This document shows positions 49,337 through 58,736 of a DNA stretch of 64,000 nt, in pieces. This stretch comes from Candidatus Nomurabacteria bacterium RIFCSPHIGHO2_01_FULL_37_25. Its GTDB lineage: Bacteria > Patescibacteriota > Minisyncoccia > Phycocordibacterales > UBA9973. Position 1 is the first letter of the stretch, and the number at the start of each line of letters is the position of its first letter. The stretch spans positions 2,939 to 66,938 of the forward strand of contig MFTH01000008.1 of the NCBI GenBank assembly GCA_001786765.1, in the 5' to 3' direction. The notes below the pieces were generated by a model. The model had not been told where the DNA came from. It worked only from the letters and a program-made list of their open reading frames with translations, and made no database searches. The translations under genes were made by a program, and so were the position numbers.

Positions 49337-50699
49337 GGAAAAAATTGCCAAAATAACATTTTGTGGAGGAACTGGCTCTGTGACTGGAGCTAATTTTCTT
49401 TTGGAGGTAGATGGAAAGAAAATTTTGGTTGATTGCGGACTTATTCAGGGAACAAAATTAGCGGACGATATAAATTGGGATCCTTTTCCTTATGATTCAA
49501 GGGAAATAGATATTCTTTTTGTTACTCATGCGCATGTTGACCATTTGGGCCGTATTCCGAAACTTATTAATGAAGGATTTCATGGGAAAATATATTCCAC
49601 AGAACCTACTCGCGCATTGGCTTTTCCAATGCTTGAGGATACTGCAGGTATTTTATCTAAAAATGCAGAACTTCATTTGGATAAAATTTATACACCAGAA
49701 AGTATAAAATTAGCGCTCTCATTTTGGCAAGGATTTAAATATCACGATACAATAAAAATTACTCCAAATTTAGAAGTATCTTTTTTAGATGCTGGGCATA
49801 TATTAGGTTCAGCCATGATTAGATTCGTGTTCAATGGCAAGGTCATTCTTTTCACTGGAGACTTAGGCAATTCACCTTCACCGCTTCTTCCTGATACTGA
49901 AAGAGTTATTGATGCTGATTATTTAATTATGGAGTCCGTCTATGGTGATAGAAATCATGAGTCCAGAGATGATCGCAGGAAATTTCTGGAAGAAACAATA
50001 GAGGATAATTATAAAAGAAAAGGAACACTTATCATACCGACTTTTTCGCTAGAACGTTCCCAAGAGCTCCTCTTTGAGCTCAATGCTTTAGTAGAAAACA
50101 ATCGTATTCCCGTAATGCCTATTTTCCTCGACTCTCCTTTGGCTATTCGTTTAACTGAAGTTTTCAAACAATTTAGAAATTATTTTAATGAAACAGCTCA
50201 AAAAGCGATGTCGCATGATAAATATTTGTTTGATTTTCCTGGATTGCATAATACTTTAAAGTCTGAAGAGTCCCGAATGATAGGTAATGTGCCAAATCCT
50301 AAAATAGTTATCGCTGGAAGCGGAATGTCTACGGGCGGGCGTGTAGTGCACCATGAAAGGCATTATTTGCCAGACCCAAACAACACTCTACTTCTTACTG
50401 GATATCAAACTGCAGGCAGTCTCGGGCGCTTGATTCAAGAAGGAGTTAAGACAGTGCGTATAACGAATGAAGACGTGGTAGTTCGAGCGCATATTGTTAC
50501 AATTACAGGATACTCAGGGCATAAAGATTGTTACGGGCTGCTCGCTTTTGTGGAAGATATGAGAGATACAATTAAAAAAGTTTTTGTAGTTATGGGTGAA
50601 CCAAAGTCAGCAATGTTTCTAACACAGAAACTTAGGGATAATTTAGGCATTGACGCATCGGCTCCGGAGCGGGGGGATAGTGTAACACTAGTTTGCTAA
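49335..50699 (+). CDS. MBL-fold beta-CASP metallo-hydrolase
   Basis: THAHVDH, AGHILGS, FTGDLG, MESVYG, SGH. Confidence 0.92.
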   Translation: MEKIAKITFCGGTGSVTGANFLLEVDGKKILVDCGLIQGTKLADDINWDPFPYDSREIDILFVTHAHVDHLGRIPKLINEGFHGKIYSTEPTRALAFPMLEDTAGILSKNAELHLDKIYTPESIKLALSFWQGFKYHDTIKITPNLEVSFLDAGHILGSAMIRFVFNGKVILFTGDLGNSPSPLLPDTERVIDADYLIMESVYGDRNHESRDDRRKFLEETIEDNYKRKGTLIIPTFSLERSQELLFELNALVENNRIPVMPIFLDSPLAIRLTEVFKQFRNYFNETAQKAMSHDKYLFDFPGLHNTLKSEESRMIGNVPNPKIVIAGSGMSTGGRVVHHERHYLPDPNNTLLLTGYQTAGSLGRLIQEGVKTVRITNEDVVVRAHIVTITGYSGHKDCYGLLAFVEDMRDTIKKVFVVMGEPKSAMFLTQKLRDNLGIDASAPERGDSVTLVC

Positions 50700-50716
50700 T
50701 ATGTTATACTAATATT

Positions 50717-51340
50717 ATGGATTCTTCATTAAATTTTCCAAACAAACATGGACACAGCCAGATAAAGATTTGCGTTTCAGGCGCGGCTGAGACTGGTCAT
50801 TGCGGGATAGATGCATTAGAAAAAGCAAAAGAACTAGGACGTGAAATTGCTCGGCAAGGAACAGTGCTCGTCACAGGAGCAACCACTGGATTCCCACTTT
50901 GGGTGGCGATGGGATTCAAAGAAATAGGTGGAATGTCCATCGGCTTTTCTCCAGCGGCGTCTGAGAAGGAACATGTTGAAGTTTATAAACTTCCGCTTGA
51001 TTATATGGATTTGATGATTTACACTGGTTTCGGTTATCCTGGACGCGATCTGCTACTGACTCGTTCTGCTGATGCTGTGATATGCGGTTGTGGGCGTATC
51101 GGCACTATCCACGAATTCACTGTTGCATTTGAAGATGGGAAGCCAATCGGTATTTTTGAAGGACCATGGGAAATGGGAGATCAAATTAAAGAGATTGTGC
51201 AAAAAAGTCATCGTCTCAATGCGAAAATTGTTACGAGCGATGACCCTAAGAAACTTGTGGAAGATATTATTGTTTTAGTTAAGAAAGATAAAATAAAAGA
51301 ATACAAAATTACAAAAGATTCTGTTTCGGATCCAAATTAA
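50717..51340 (+). CDS. LOG/SLOG-family protein
   Basis: A..LG..IA..G..LVTG, RD......AD, GRIGTIHE. Confidence 0.75.
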   Translation: MDSSLNFPNKHGHSQIKICVSGAAETGHCGIDALEKAKELGREIARQGTVLVTGATTGFPLWVAMGFKEIGGMSIGFSPAASEKEHVEVYKLPLDYMDLMIYTGFGYPGRDLLLTRSADAVICGCGRIGTIHEFTVAFEDGKPIGIFEGPWEMGDQIKEIVQKSHRLNAKIVTSDDPKKLVEDIIVLVKKDKIKEYKITKDSVSDPN

Positions 51341-51355
51341 GAAACAATTTGAATT

Positions 51356-51700
51356 TTATTTAACACTTTCTAAAATTCTAGCAAAAGTGGCAGGATGATG
51401 TTCGGCGAAGTCGGCGAGAATTTTACGGTCAAGTAAGATTTTTTTCTTTGTTAATTTGTCAATCAATTTCGAATAAGTCATTCCGAGCTCGCGGGCGCCG
51501 GCGTTTATCTTAATATTCCAAAGTTTTCTATTGTGCGACTTCTTGTCTTTCCTATGCGCGAAAGCATAATTTCCAGCATGTAAAAGAGCTTCTTTTGCTT
51601 GGCGTTCTTTGGTGCTTCGTCCATGACGAAAGCCTTTAGTTTGTTTTAAGATACTTCTGCGTCTTTTTAATGCGTGTACTCCTTTTTTTACTCTGGTCAT
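51356..51700 (-). CDS. rplT: 50S ribosomal protein L20
   Basis: MTRVKKG, R.LW...INA, LDRKILA. Confidence 0.97.
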   Translation of the reverse strand: MTRVKKGVHALKRRRSILKQTKGFRHGRSTKERQAKEALLHAGNYAFAHRKDKKSHNRKLWNIKINAGARELGMTYSKLIDKLTKKKILLDRKILADFAEHHPATFARILESVK

Positions 51701-51732
51701 ATTAGTAGTTAAGTTATAAAGTTTATAAAGTC

Positions 51733-51927
51733 TTAAGAAAAGGGAAGCAAGTGGCTTTTTGGTTTGTTTTTAATAACAAAACTTTGACTATTTTTGCCGG
51801 CGAGTTGTTTAGCGCGCGACTGTTTTGCATTAAAATGATTAAATCCCGGCTTGCGAGAAATTATTTTTCCGTTTTTCGTGACTTTCAGTCTCTTGGAATA
51901 CGATTTATTTGTTTTCATTCCTTTCAT
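51733..51927 (-). CDS. rpmI: 50S ribosomal protein L35
   Basis: MKTNKS..KR.KVT.NGK; infC-rpmI-rplT synteny. Confidence 0.92.
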   Translation of the reverse strand: MKGMKTNKSYSKRLKVTKNGKIISRKPGFNHFNAKQSRAKQLAGKNSQSFVIKNKPKSHLLPFS

Positions 51928-52430
51928 TTTGCTTTTTCTATTGTTGTTGTTAAACCTTTTGGGCCTTTTTTATAAGCATCGGATATTTTGTAATTTTCTG
52001 TAATCAAGTGCAATACTCTGTCTAAACGTTCTCTTAAAAATTTTTCATCCATATACTTCGCGCGTCCGGCAAGGAAAAGTTCAACTTTGACTCTGTGTCC
52101 TTCTTTTATCCACTTTGAAGCAGTTTTCGCTTTTAATTCCAAATCATGATCTCCGGTTCCTATCTTTATTTGAATTCCTTTCGTTTCTGTTTTGTTTGCG
52201 CCAGCTTTAGATTTTTTCAATTTTTTGTTGGCTTCGTATTGATATTTGCCAAAATCCATTATTTTCGCTAATGGGGGATTAGAATTTGGAGATATTTCAA
52301 TTAAGTCCAAGCCTTTACTTTGCGCTAATTCCAATGCGTTTTTTATGCTCAAAACACCTAGATTTTTGTTTTCACTGTCTAGAACCCGAAGTTCTGTCGC
52401 TCGTATTTGATTGTTTATTCTTTCTCGCAA
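51924..52430 (-). CDS. infC: Translation initiation factor IF-3
   Basis: INNQIR, LDLIEI..PP.AKIMDFGKY; TTG start. Confidence 0.95.
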   Translation of the reverse strand: MRERINNQIRATELRVLDSENKNLGVLSIKNALELAQSKGLDLIEISPNSNPPLAKIMDFGKYQYEANKKLKKSKAGANKTETKGIQIKIGTGDHDLELKAKTASKWIKEGHRVKVELFLAGRAKYMDEKFLRERLDRVLHLITENYKISDAYKKGPKGLTTTIEKAK

Positions 52431-52523
52431 GTATTAATGTAAAGTAAATTTTAACTACTTAAATATAGCTTACTTAGAACTTAAAGTCAATGTGTGGTGG
52501 GGAACACTGTTATTTGTATTTTT

Positions 52524-54248
52524 CTAATATACTTCTTGCTGATAACATCGCTCGCAGTAAATTATCGGAGCATAGTTTTCATCATAGACTGTTTCTACTT
52601 CTGTTTTACATTTAGAACAAAAGCGTTTGATAGCGCGAAGCGGTGGGCGTTTTTCGAGTCGTCGCTTGTGTCTGATGTTAAAGCAAACTCTCGGAAGAGG
52701 TAAATCCATTCGGCGATAAAAAGTGAGTTCATTTTGAGTTATTCGATAGGCTCCCGTTGAATACTGGCTATCTTTCTCCGCGCATTCAATAATTTCACCT
52801 AAAATAGAATCATCGACTTCTTGGATAGTCTCGGGCAATTCTCCGCTTCGTTTGGTTGTCTTATAATTTCTTTTTTCTTTATCTTTCCATCTGTACCCTT
52901 TTGCGAGCGCTTCCTCTTTAGAAATTGGATATAAATATATGACGGAAGTTTCATTATAGGCAAAAGCTGAGAGCTCATCAGGGAAATGTTCTCCGAATCT
53001 GTATTCTATTCCTCTATTATCTACGAAAGGCATATCGTTCATGTGTTTTATAATTTTTGGCACTAACTCCTCGTATTCTTCTTTGCTGTATTTTTTATTC
53101 AAAATTGAGTACTGACCTTTCTTTAACCCAATACACCCAAAACAATAGCTTGAACTAGGACATGAATCACAATATAAAAGATCGTGCGCGCTCATCCAAC
53201 ATTGTGTAGAAAAAGATATTCGAGAAGAATTAATACCGACATTTAATGAATCATATATTAACTCTGAATTATTTCCCCATTGATAATAATCCATACAATC
53301 TTGCGCATCAAAAACTCCCAAAAGATATTTTCCATCTTTTACATTTCGACATTCAAAAGATTGAGTCACATTTTTACAATTCAAAAACCAATCACCAGAA
53401 ACATTTTCAGATTTTATAGACATTATTGCCCGTTTCGGGAATTTTTTTCTGAATTTGGTAAATTCTATTTCCATCGCTTTTATTCCAGTAAAAGTATTTA
53501 ATTTTAATTCTTTTAATTTCTCAAGATATTCTTCTTTTGTGTATTTTTTATTGAAAATAAAATATTCTTTGTTAACTAAATTCACACAACCAACGCAGTT
53601 AGAACAATTACGGCAAGCGTACAAAAACATGCTATCTCTACACTCTATGCTGTCTTTTGAGAATTTTGTTTTATAACATTTATTACAATCTATGCATTCA
53701 TAACATAAATCGCATTGAGATATATTATAACAATCTACACAGTCCGTTAAGTTAGTCGCATTGTAAATATACATAGAATCAAGACTATTACTGGCTCGAA
53801 AAACCATGTAAGAATTCTTCATATTATGAACACGATGCGTGTATTCGCTGTTTATTGAAAATCCTTGTCTGACCAAAGCCATTTTAGGAACTTTGTTTCT
53901 TAACTCTAAGAATTGTTGGAAAAATGGTTTAGAAAAATCATAATCCATGCCGTATTGATACGGGTCCCATTCATCGGAATACCATTTAGAAGTTTCATAT
54001 ACCGGGAAAGGCGCATCTTTGTCATACATGCTAAAAATCTGTTCCCCGGTAAAATCACATTTACGTTTATAAAGCGCTAACTCATTCGCGCTAACTAATC
54101 GTCTAATAAGTCTGCATTCCGGGCACCACGTCGGTGGTGGAACTTTTATTTTTTCGTAAAACAAAAAATCGTCAGGTTCAATCGAAAAATCCTTTTTACA
54201 ATTTTGACAGGTTCGCGTTGTGTTTGTTAAATGTGTTTTCTGTTTCAC
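52524..54248 (-). CDS. Cys-rich repeat hypothetical protein
   Basis: CQNC, PTWCPECR, repeated C..C..C..C and CFGC.GL, terminal YCE.CY. Confidence 0.8.
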   Translation of the reverse strand: MKQKTHLTNTTRTCQNCKKDFSIEPDDFLFYEKIKVPPPTWCPECRLIRRLVSANELALYKRKCDFTGEQIFSMYDKDAPFPVYETSKWYSDEWDPYQYGMDYDFSKPFFQQFLELRNKVPKMALVRQGFSINSEYTHRVHNMKNSYMVFRASNSLDSMYIYNATNLTDCVDCYNISQCDLCYECIDCNKCYKTKFSKDSIECRDSMFLYACRNCSNCVGCVNLVNKEYFIFNKKYTKEEYLEKLKELKLNTFTGIKAMEIEFTKFRKKFPKRAIMSIKSENVSGDWFLNCKNVTQSFECRNVKDGKYLLGVFDAQDCMDYYQWGNNSELIYDSLNVGINSSRISFSTQCWMSAHDLLYCDSCPSSSYCFGCIGLKKGQYSILNKKYSKEEYEELVPKIIKHMNDMPFVDNRGIEYRFGEHFPDELSAFAYNETSVIYLYPISKEEALAKGYRWKDKEKRNYKTTKRSGELPETIQEVDDSILGEIIECAEKDSQYSTGAYRITQNELTFYRRMDLPLPRVCFNIRHKRRLEKRPPLRAIKRFCSKCKTEVETVYDENYAPIIYCERCYQQEVY

Positions 54249-54311
54249 AGAATTATTCTAAGTAAAAATTTATAATGAATCAAAATTAAAGTCTTTTAAT
54301 AAGCTTACCTA

Positions 54312-55202
54312 TTATTTTTCATAAAGAAAAAATTCTATATACTCTAGTCCGTGTAAAGTTTCAGTTCTAATAGGCCAATCTGATCCGGGATCAACTAGAG
54401 GTTAATTAATATGTTTTTGATTTTTTTCATTTACTCCTAAATTTATTACTCCAACAATATTTGGTCCCAATTTTATTCTTGGAGTTTCTCCTATCTCAAA
54501 GTTTGCGTTTACTCCTTTTGGTATTGGTTGTAACAAACCCAATAAATTTTCTCTAGTGCTTTTTGTGTTGTCTTTTTTGATTGGTTCTGATGTGTGAGGA
54601 ATATAAAGTTTTTCAGGTTTGAGACGGACAACAATACACAGACCTTTATCCGAACCCTTTCCTGTTGTAGTAAATTTATCTTCTTCATTATAGCCACCTA
54701 AAAACCAATCTTCACCTTCCACTCCATCAACAACAAATTCACCAGATTTAACTTTATTTAGAAGTTCTGCACCTCTTAATCTTTTGCTGTCATTAGCCCA
54801 GAAAAATCTCATAACATTCCCGCTAACTTCCACTGGCCTCTGTCCATAATTTTTTAGATCTACAGGTATCAATGTATTTTTACTACTATTTATATCCTTC
54901 AACATATCATCAGAAACATTGCTGTTGTGAAAACTTATTTCTACCCCAGTTTGCGCAAAAAAACTTCTTACAGACCAGCTCAAAGAGCCTAAACCTCCTT
55001 TAGTGATATCTATTGCGGGAAAATCTTTTTTATTTACAATAATATTAACACCTTGAGTTAATTGGTTCGGATTTATAATCACAGGTTTTTCTATTGCTAT
55101 ATCAGGACCAATCCAAATATTACCGAGCTTTTCTAATTGCTCAACTGATTTTTCACGTTCAGATAGTTGTTTTAAGTTTTCTGGGGTAAATGAGCCTAGC
55201 AT
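54312..55202 (-). pseudogene. Hypothetical protein with probable internal TAA at 54402-54404
   Basis: 266-aa ORF whose frame continues as PLVDPGSDWPIRTETLHGLEYIEFFLYEK* after the stop. Confidence 0.5.
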
Positions 55203-55377
55203 TTTTATTTTTTAATATATAAACGTAATACATTTGAATTATAACAGTCTTGCGTCGCTAAGGCTATGCAGGACTTACTGCTTATTTTTGTACCAAAAAT
55301 CAAAAAGCTCTCTTTTGAAAAGAGAGCTTTTTACGCTAAATTTCTTGTGCTAGCACTGCGAAGCTTTAGCGAAGCAG

Positions 55378-55771
55378 TGGAGATGGGGGGAAATGAGCCC
55401 CCGTGCAGAAGGTTTTTGTCAAGAAGTCTACATACATAGCGCGTTTTTTGTTTTAAATTAAAAAATTCAGAAACGCGCGAAATATTTTTTAATCGAGCTT
55501 CTGTGTTTCGCCCCGACGGCGAAGCTGTGTCGGGACTATCCCGATAATATTATGCCTCTACTCATATATCGGAAGTCTATGAGAGAGACACGAGTTACGC
55601 GTAAGCGGAAACTCGAGCGAAAGCGAAGTCATTCATACTGAAGTATGGAGAGACTGCTTTCACCTTAGAAGCTAATTTTGCAATTAACATTTGAACGAAG
55701 TTTTACGAGATTACGTTCATGCTCGGTATGCGTCAATAACAAATGGCCTACTGTCTATGCCTTGCATCCCC
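55378..55771 (-). ncRNA. ssrA: tmRNA
   Basis: 5' GGGGATG pairs with 3' CATCTCC-A (G3:U70 Ala identity); tag ORF AKLASKVKAVSPYFSMNDFAFARVSAYA*; adjacent to smpB. Confidence 0.9.
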
Positions 55772-55778
55772 ATTTTAT

Positions 55779-55893
55779 AAAAAATGTTGGAACATAACTT
55801 TTTCCGGTACGGATTTTTTGAAGCTTAAAAAATCCTGAAGTTCTCGGCTCGTCAGCCTCGAAACCCCTGCAAAAGTTATGTTCCAATATTTTT
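55779..55893. repeat. Palindromic element, copy 2 (core shared with 20393-20427)
   Basis: Identical 35-nt core, different ~23-bp inverted arms. Confidence 0.85.
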
Positions 55894-55897
55894 TTTG

Positions 55898-56344
55898 TCA
55901 ACGTTCTTTGTATTCTCTTCTTATTTCACGAAGAGTATCACGCTTTTTTAAAGTTTCACGTTTATCGTATTTTTTCTTACCCTTAACTAAAGCTATCTCT
56001 ATTTTGATTTTTCTGTTTTTATTATACACTGAAATCGGCACAATTGTCAAACTCTTGTTTTTCTCACTGCCGGCGAGTTCAAAGATTTCTTTTTTAGTTA
56101 GTAAAAGTTTTCTGTTGCGCAGTGGATCATAATCTTTTGGCGTATTTTTGACTTGATATGGCGGTATGTTGGAGTTTATCAAATATGTTTCTCCTCCCCG
56201 AACAGTAACAAAAGCTCCTTCGAGAGACATTTTTCCCCCTCTTATAGATTTTACCTCCACGCCCAAAAGCTCAATACCTGCTTCGTACTTCTCCAAGATT
56301 TCATAATTAAAATACACTTTTCTATTTTCCGCATAATGGGGCAT
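55898..56344 (-). CDS. smpB: SsrA-binding protein
   Basis: NRK..FNY, EAGIEL.G.EVKSIR, RKLLL, GKKKYDKRE. Confidence 0.97.
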   Translation of the reverse strand: MPHYAENRKVYFNYEILEKYEAGIELLGVEVKSIRGGKMSLEGAFVTVRGGETYLINSNIPPYQVKNTPKDYDPLRNRKLLLTKKEIFELAGSEKNKSLTIVPISVYNKNRKIKIEIALVKGKKKYDKRETLKKRDTLREIRREYKER

Positions 56345-56418
56345 AATTTAATCTTAGCATAAATTTCCTCAGTTTTTTCTTGTTGTTTTGTGTTTTTTAT
56401 GGTACTCTCTAAAGATGG

Positions 56419-56698
56419 ATCCCGTTAGAGATTACTTATGTTTTATTACACATACATATTAAAAAGCAAGAAGGACGGTAAAATTTACACGGGACATACG
56501 CAAGATCTACGGAAGCGCCTAAATCAACACAATAAGGGTTTATCGACATATACGAAAGGCAGAGGCCCATTTGTTTTGATATATTACGAAGCGTGTTTAT
56601 TAGAAAGTAAAGCGAGGTCGAGGGAATTATACTTAAAATCGGGAATGGGTAAGCGTTATCTTAAAAGTAGATTGGGCGCTTCCTATCTCTAACGGGAT
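56419..56698. mobile_element. Start-codon TIR element copy 7, carrying a GIY-YIG nuclease gene (before ftsH)
   Basis: Perfect 14-bp TIR ATCCCGTTAGAGAT/ATCTCTAACGGGAT enclosing ORF 56438-56692. Confidence 0.88.
56438..56692 (+). CDS. Stand-alone GIY-YIG nuclease
   Basis: YTYIL.S....IYTG.T.DL..RL..HN.G....TK...P..L.YYE......A..RE..LK. Confidence 0.9.
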   Translation: MFYYTYILKSKKDGKIYTGHTQDLRKRLNQHNKGLSTYTKGRGPFVLIYYEACLLESKARSRELYLKSGMGKRYLKSRLGASYL

Positions 56699-58616
56699 GA
56701 ATTTTAATTTTTTGAAGAAAAACAGCTTGCAAAATAAAGACAAAAAGCCAAAAGTGGAAAATACTTTTGGAAGTAGTGTTGCTGGAGCAATATTTATTTT
56801 TATGCTTATCACGGCAGTGTATTTAGTAGTGTCTGACAATGCAGAAATTATCCCAGAGATTCCGATTTCTGATTTAGCAAAAAGTGTTTCCGCTGGAGAA
56901 ATAAAAAAGATTCTTGTTGAAGGTGACAAACTCACTATCACTTTTCAAAATGATAAAATTAAAATTTCTAAAAAAGAAGTTGACGCGTCTTTATCACAGA
57001 CACTTTTTAATTATGGTGTAAGTAGCGAAGCATTAACAAAAACCGAGATAGAAATAAAAAAAGAAAGTGGTTTTGTATTTTTACTTTTAAACATTCTTCC
57101 GTTTTTATTGCCGATAATTTTTATTTTAATTTTCTTTTGGTATCTATCAAGGCAAGTTAAAGGAGCGGGTATGCAAGCGCTTTCTTTTGGTCAGTCCAAA
57201 GCGCGCATCACTGATCCAAATGACAAGAACAATAAAGTCACTTTTAAAGATGTGGCTGGATGTCGCGAGGCAAAAGAAGAATTAAAAGAAATTGTAGATT
57301 TTTTAAAAAGCCCCAAGAAATTTTTAGATATTGGCGCGCGGATTCCCAAAGGCGTTATTTTAACTGGCGCGCCGGGCACAGGAAAAACTTTACTTGCTAG
57401 AGCTGTGGCGGGGGAAGCCAGTGTGCCGTTTTTTCATTTATCTGGAAGTGAGTTTGTGGAGATGTTTGTGGGTGTAGGAGCTTCGCGCGTGCGGGACCTT
57501 TTTAAAATGGCGAAAAAAGCCGCTCCAGCGATAATATTTGTGGATGAAATAGATGCCATCGGGCGGACTCGTGGGGGTGGTTTTGGCGGAGGCAATGATG
57601 AGCGTGAACAAACATTAAATCAAATATTGGTGGAAATGGACGGTTTTGAACCGAATGATAAAGTAATAGTGATGGCGGCGACCAATAGACCGGACGTGCT
57701 TGACCCAGCTCTTATTCGCCCCGGCCGTTTTGATAGAAAAGTATTGCTTGATTTGCCTGATCGCGCTGACCGTGAAGAAATATTAAAAATTCATGCGGTC
57801 AAAAAACCATTAGCGGAAGATATTAATTTGAAGTTAATTGCCGAACGCACTCCCGGATTTTCTGGAGCTGATCTGCATTCCTTAATGAACGAAGGCGCGA
57901 TACTGGCCGCTCGCGAAAATCGCAAGAAAGTTTTCCAATTTGATTTGATTCGCTCTATTGAGAAAGTTATGTTAGGGCCAGAAAGAAAAAGCCATTTGCT
58001 TTCCAAAAAAGAAAAAGAAATTACAGCGTATCATGAAGCAGGGCACGCTTTAGTAGCTTCAGTTTTACCACACGCTGACCCAGTTCATAAAGTTTCTATT
58101 ATCTCTAGAGGAAATGCCGGAGGGTACACTTTGAAATTGCCCCTAGAAGAGAGGCGACTTCAATCTAAAAAAGAATTCATAGATGACATTGCCATGTCTC
58201 TCGGCGGTTATGTGGCAGAACAGATGATATTTGGAGATATCACCACCGGTCCTTCGAGCGACCTTTCAGCAGCGACTAATTTAGCCCGGGCAATGGTTAC
58301 ACGTTTCGGGATGTCAGACATTATTGGGCCTATTGCTTTAGTTGGAGGTGGGGGAAGACCTCAATATGGCGAGCTGATTGAAAAAGAATATTCTGAAGCG
58401 GTCTCTACAAAGGTGGATGCGGAAGTCTCAAGAATGATAGCTGATGGGTTAAAGTCCGCTAGAGATGTTCTGACTGAACATAAAAAAGCGTTCACTGCTA
58501 TTGCCAATAAACTTATTGAAGTGGAAACATTAGAGCAAGAAGAATATGAAAAAATATTAACTGCGCATGGGATAACGCTCAAGAAGAAGGAGATAATAGT
58601 ATCAACCGTTGCTTAA
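56697..58616 (+). CDS. ftsH: ATP-dependent zinc metalloprotease FtsH
   Basis: [24 protein letters not shown]. Confidence 0.98.
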   Translation: MNFNFLKKNSLQNKDKKPKVENTFGSSVAGAIFIFMLITAVYLVVSDNAEIIPEIPISDLAKSVSAGEIKKILVEGDKLTITFQNDKIKISKKEVDASLSQTLFNYGVSSEALTKTEIEIKKESGFVFLLLNILPFLLPIIFILIFFWYLSRQVKGAGMQALSFGQSKARITDPNDKNNKVTFKDVAGCREAKEELKEIVDFLKSPKKFLDIGARIPKGVILTGAPGTGKTLLARAVAGEASVPFFHLSGSEFVEMFVGVGASRVRDLFKMAKKAAPAIIFVDEIDAIGRTRGGGFGGGNDEREQTLNQILVEMDGFEPNDKVIVMAATNRPDVLDPALIRPGRFDRKVLLDLPDRADREEILKIHAVKKPLAEDINLKLIAERTPGFSGADLHSLMNEGAILAARENRKKVFQFDLIRSIEKVMLGPERKSHLLSKKEKEITAYHEAGHALVASVLPHADPVHKVSIISRGNAGGYTLKLPLEERRLQSKKEFIDDIAMSLGGYVAEQMIFGDITTGPSSDLSAATNLARAMVTRFGMSDIIGPIALVGGGGRPQYGELIEKEYSEAVSTKVDAEVSRMIADGLKSARDVLTEHKKAFTAIANKLIEVETLEQEEYEKILTAHGITLKKKEIIVSTVA

Positions 58617-58657
58617 TCTATTTGTTTTTAGCTCAATAATGAGTTAATATTTTATAA

Positions 58658-58731
58658 CCGCCTGTAGCTCAGTTGGTTAGAGCATCTAGCTTATACCTAG
58701 AGGGTCCTACGTTCGAATCGTAGCAGGCGGA
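58658..58731 (+). tRNA. tRNA-Ile(TAT)
   Basis: Acceptor CCGCCTG/CAGGCGG-A, anticodon arm TCTAG-CT-TAT-AC-CTAGA, GTTCGAATC. Confidence 0.9.
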
Positions 58732-58736
58732 CAACA

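Noticed and set aside
52428-52445. ATT start codon for infC
   Set aside because: An in-frame TAA lies two codons upstream of the TTG, so the nearby ATT is not usable; TTG is the likely start.
29213-56698. Start-codon elements as group I or group II introns
   Set aside because: At about 122 bp they are too short and lack recognisable catalytic core motifs; only protein-assisted excision would remain possible.
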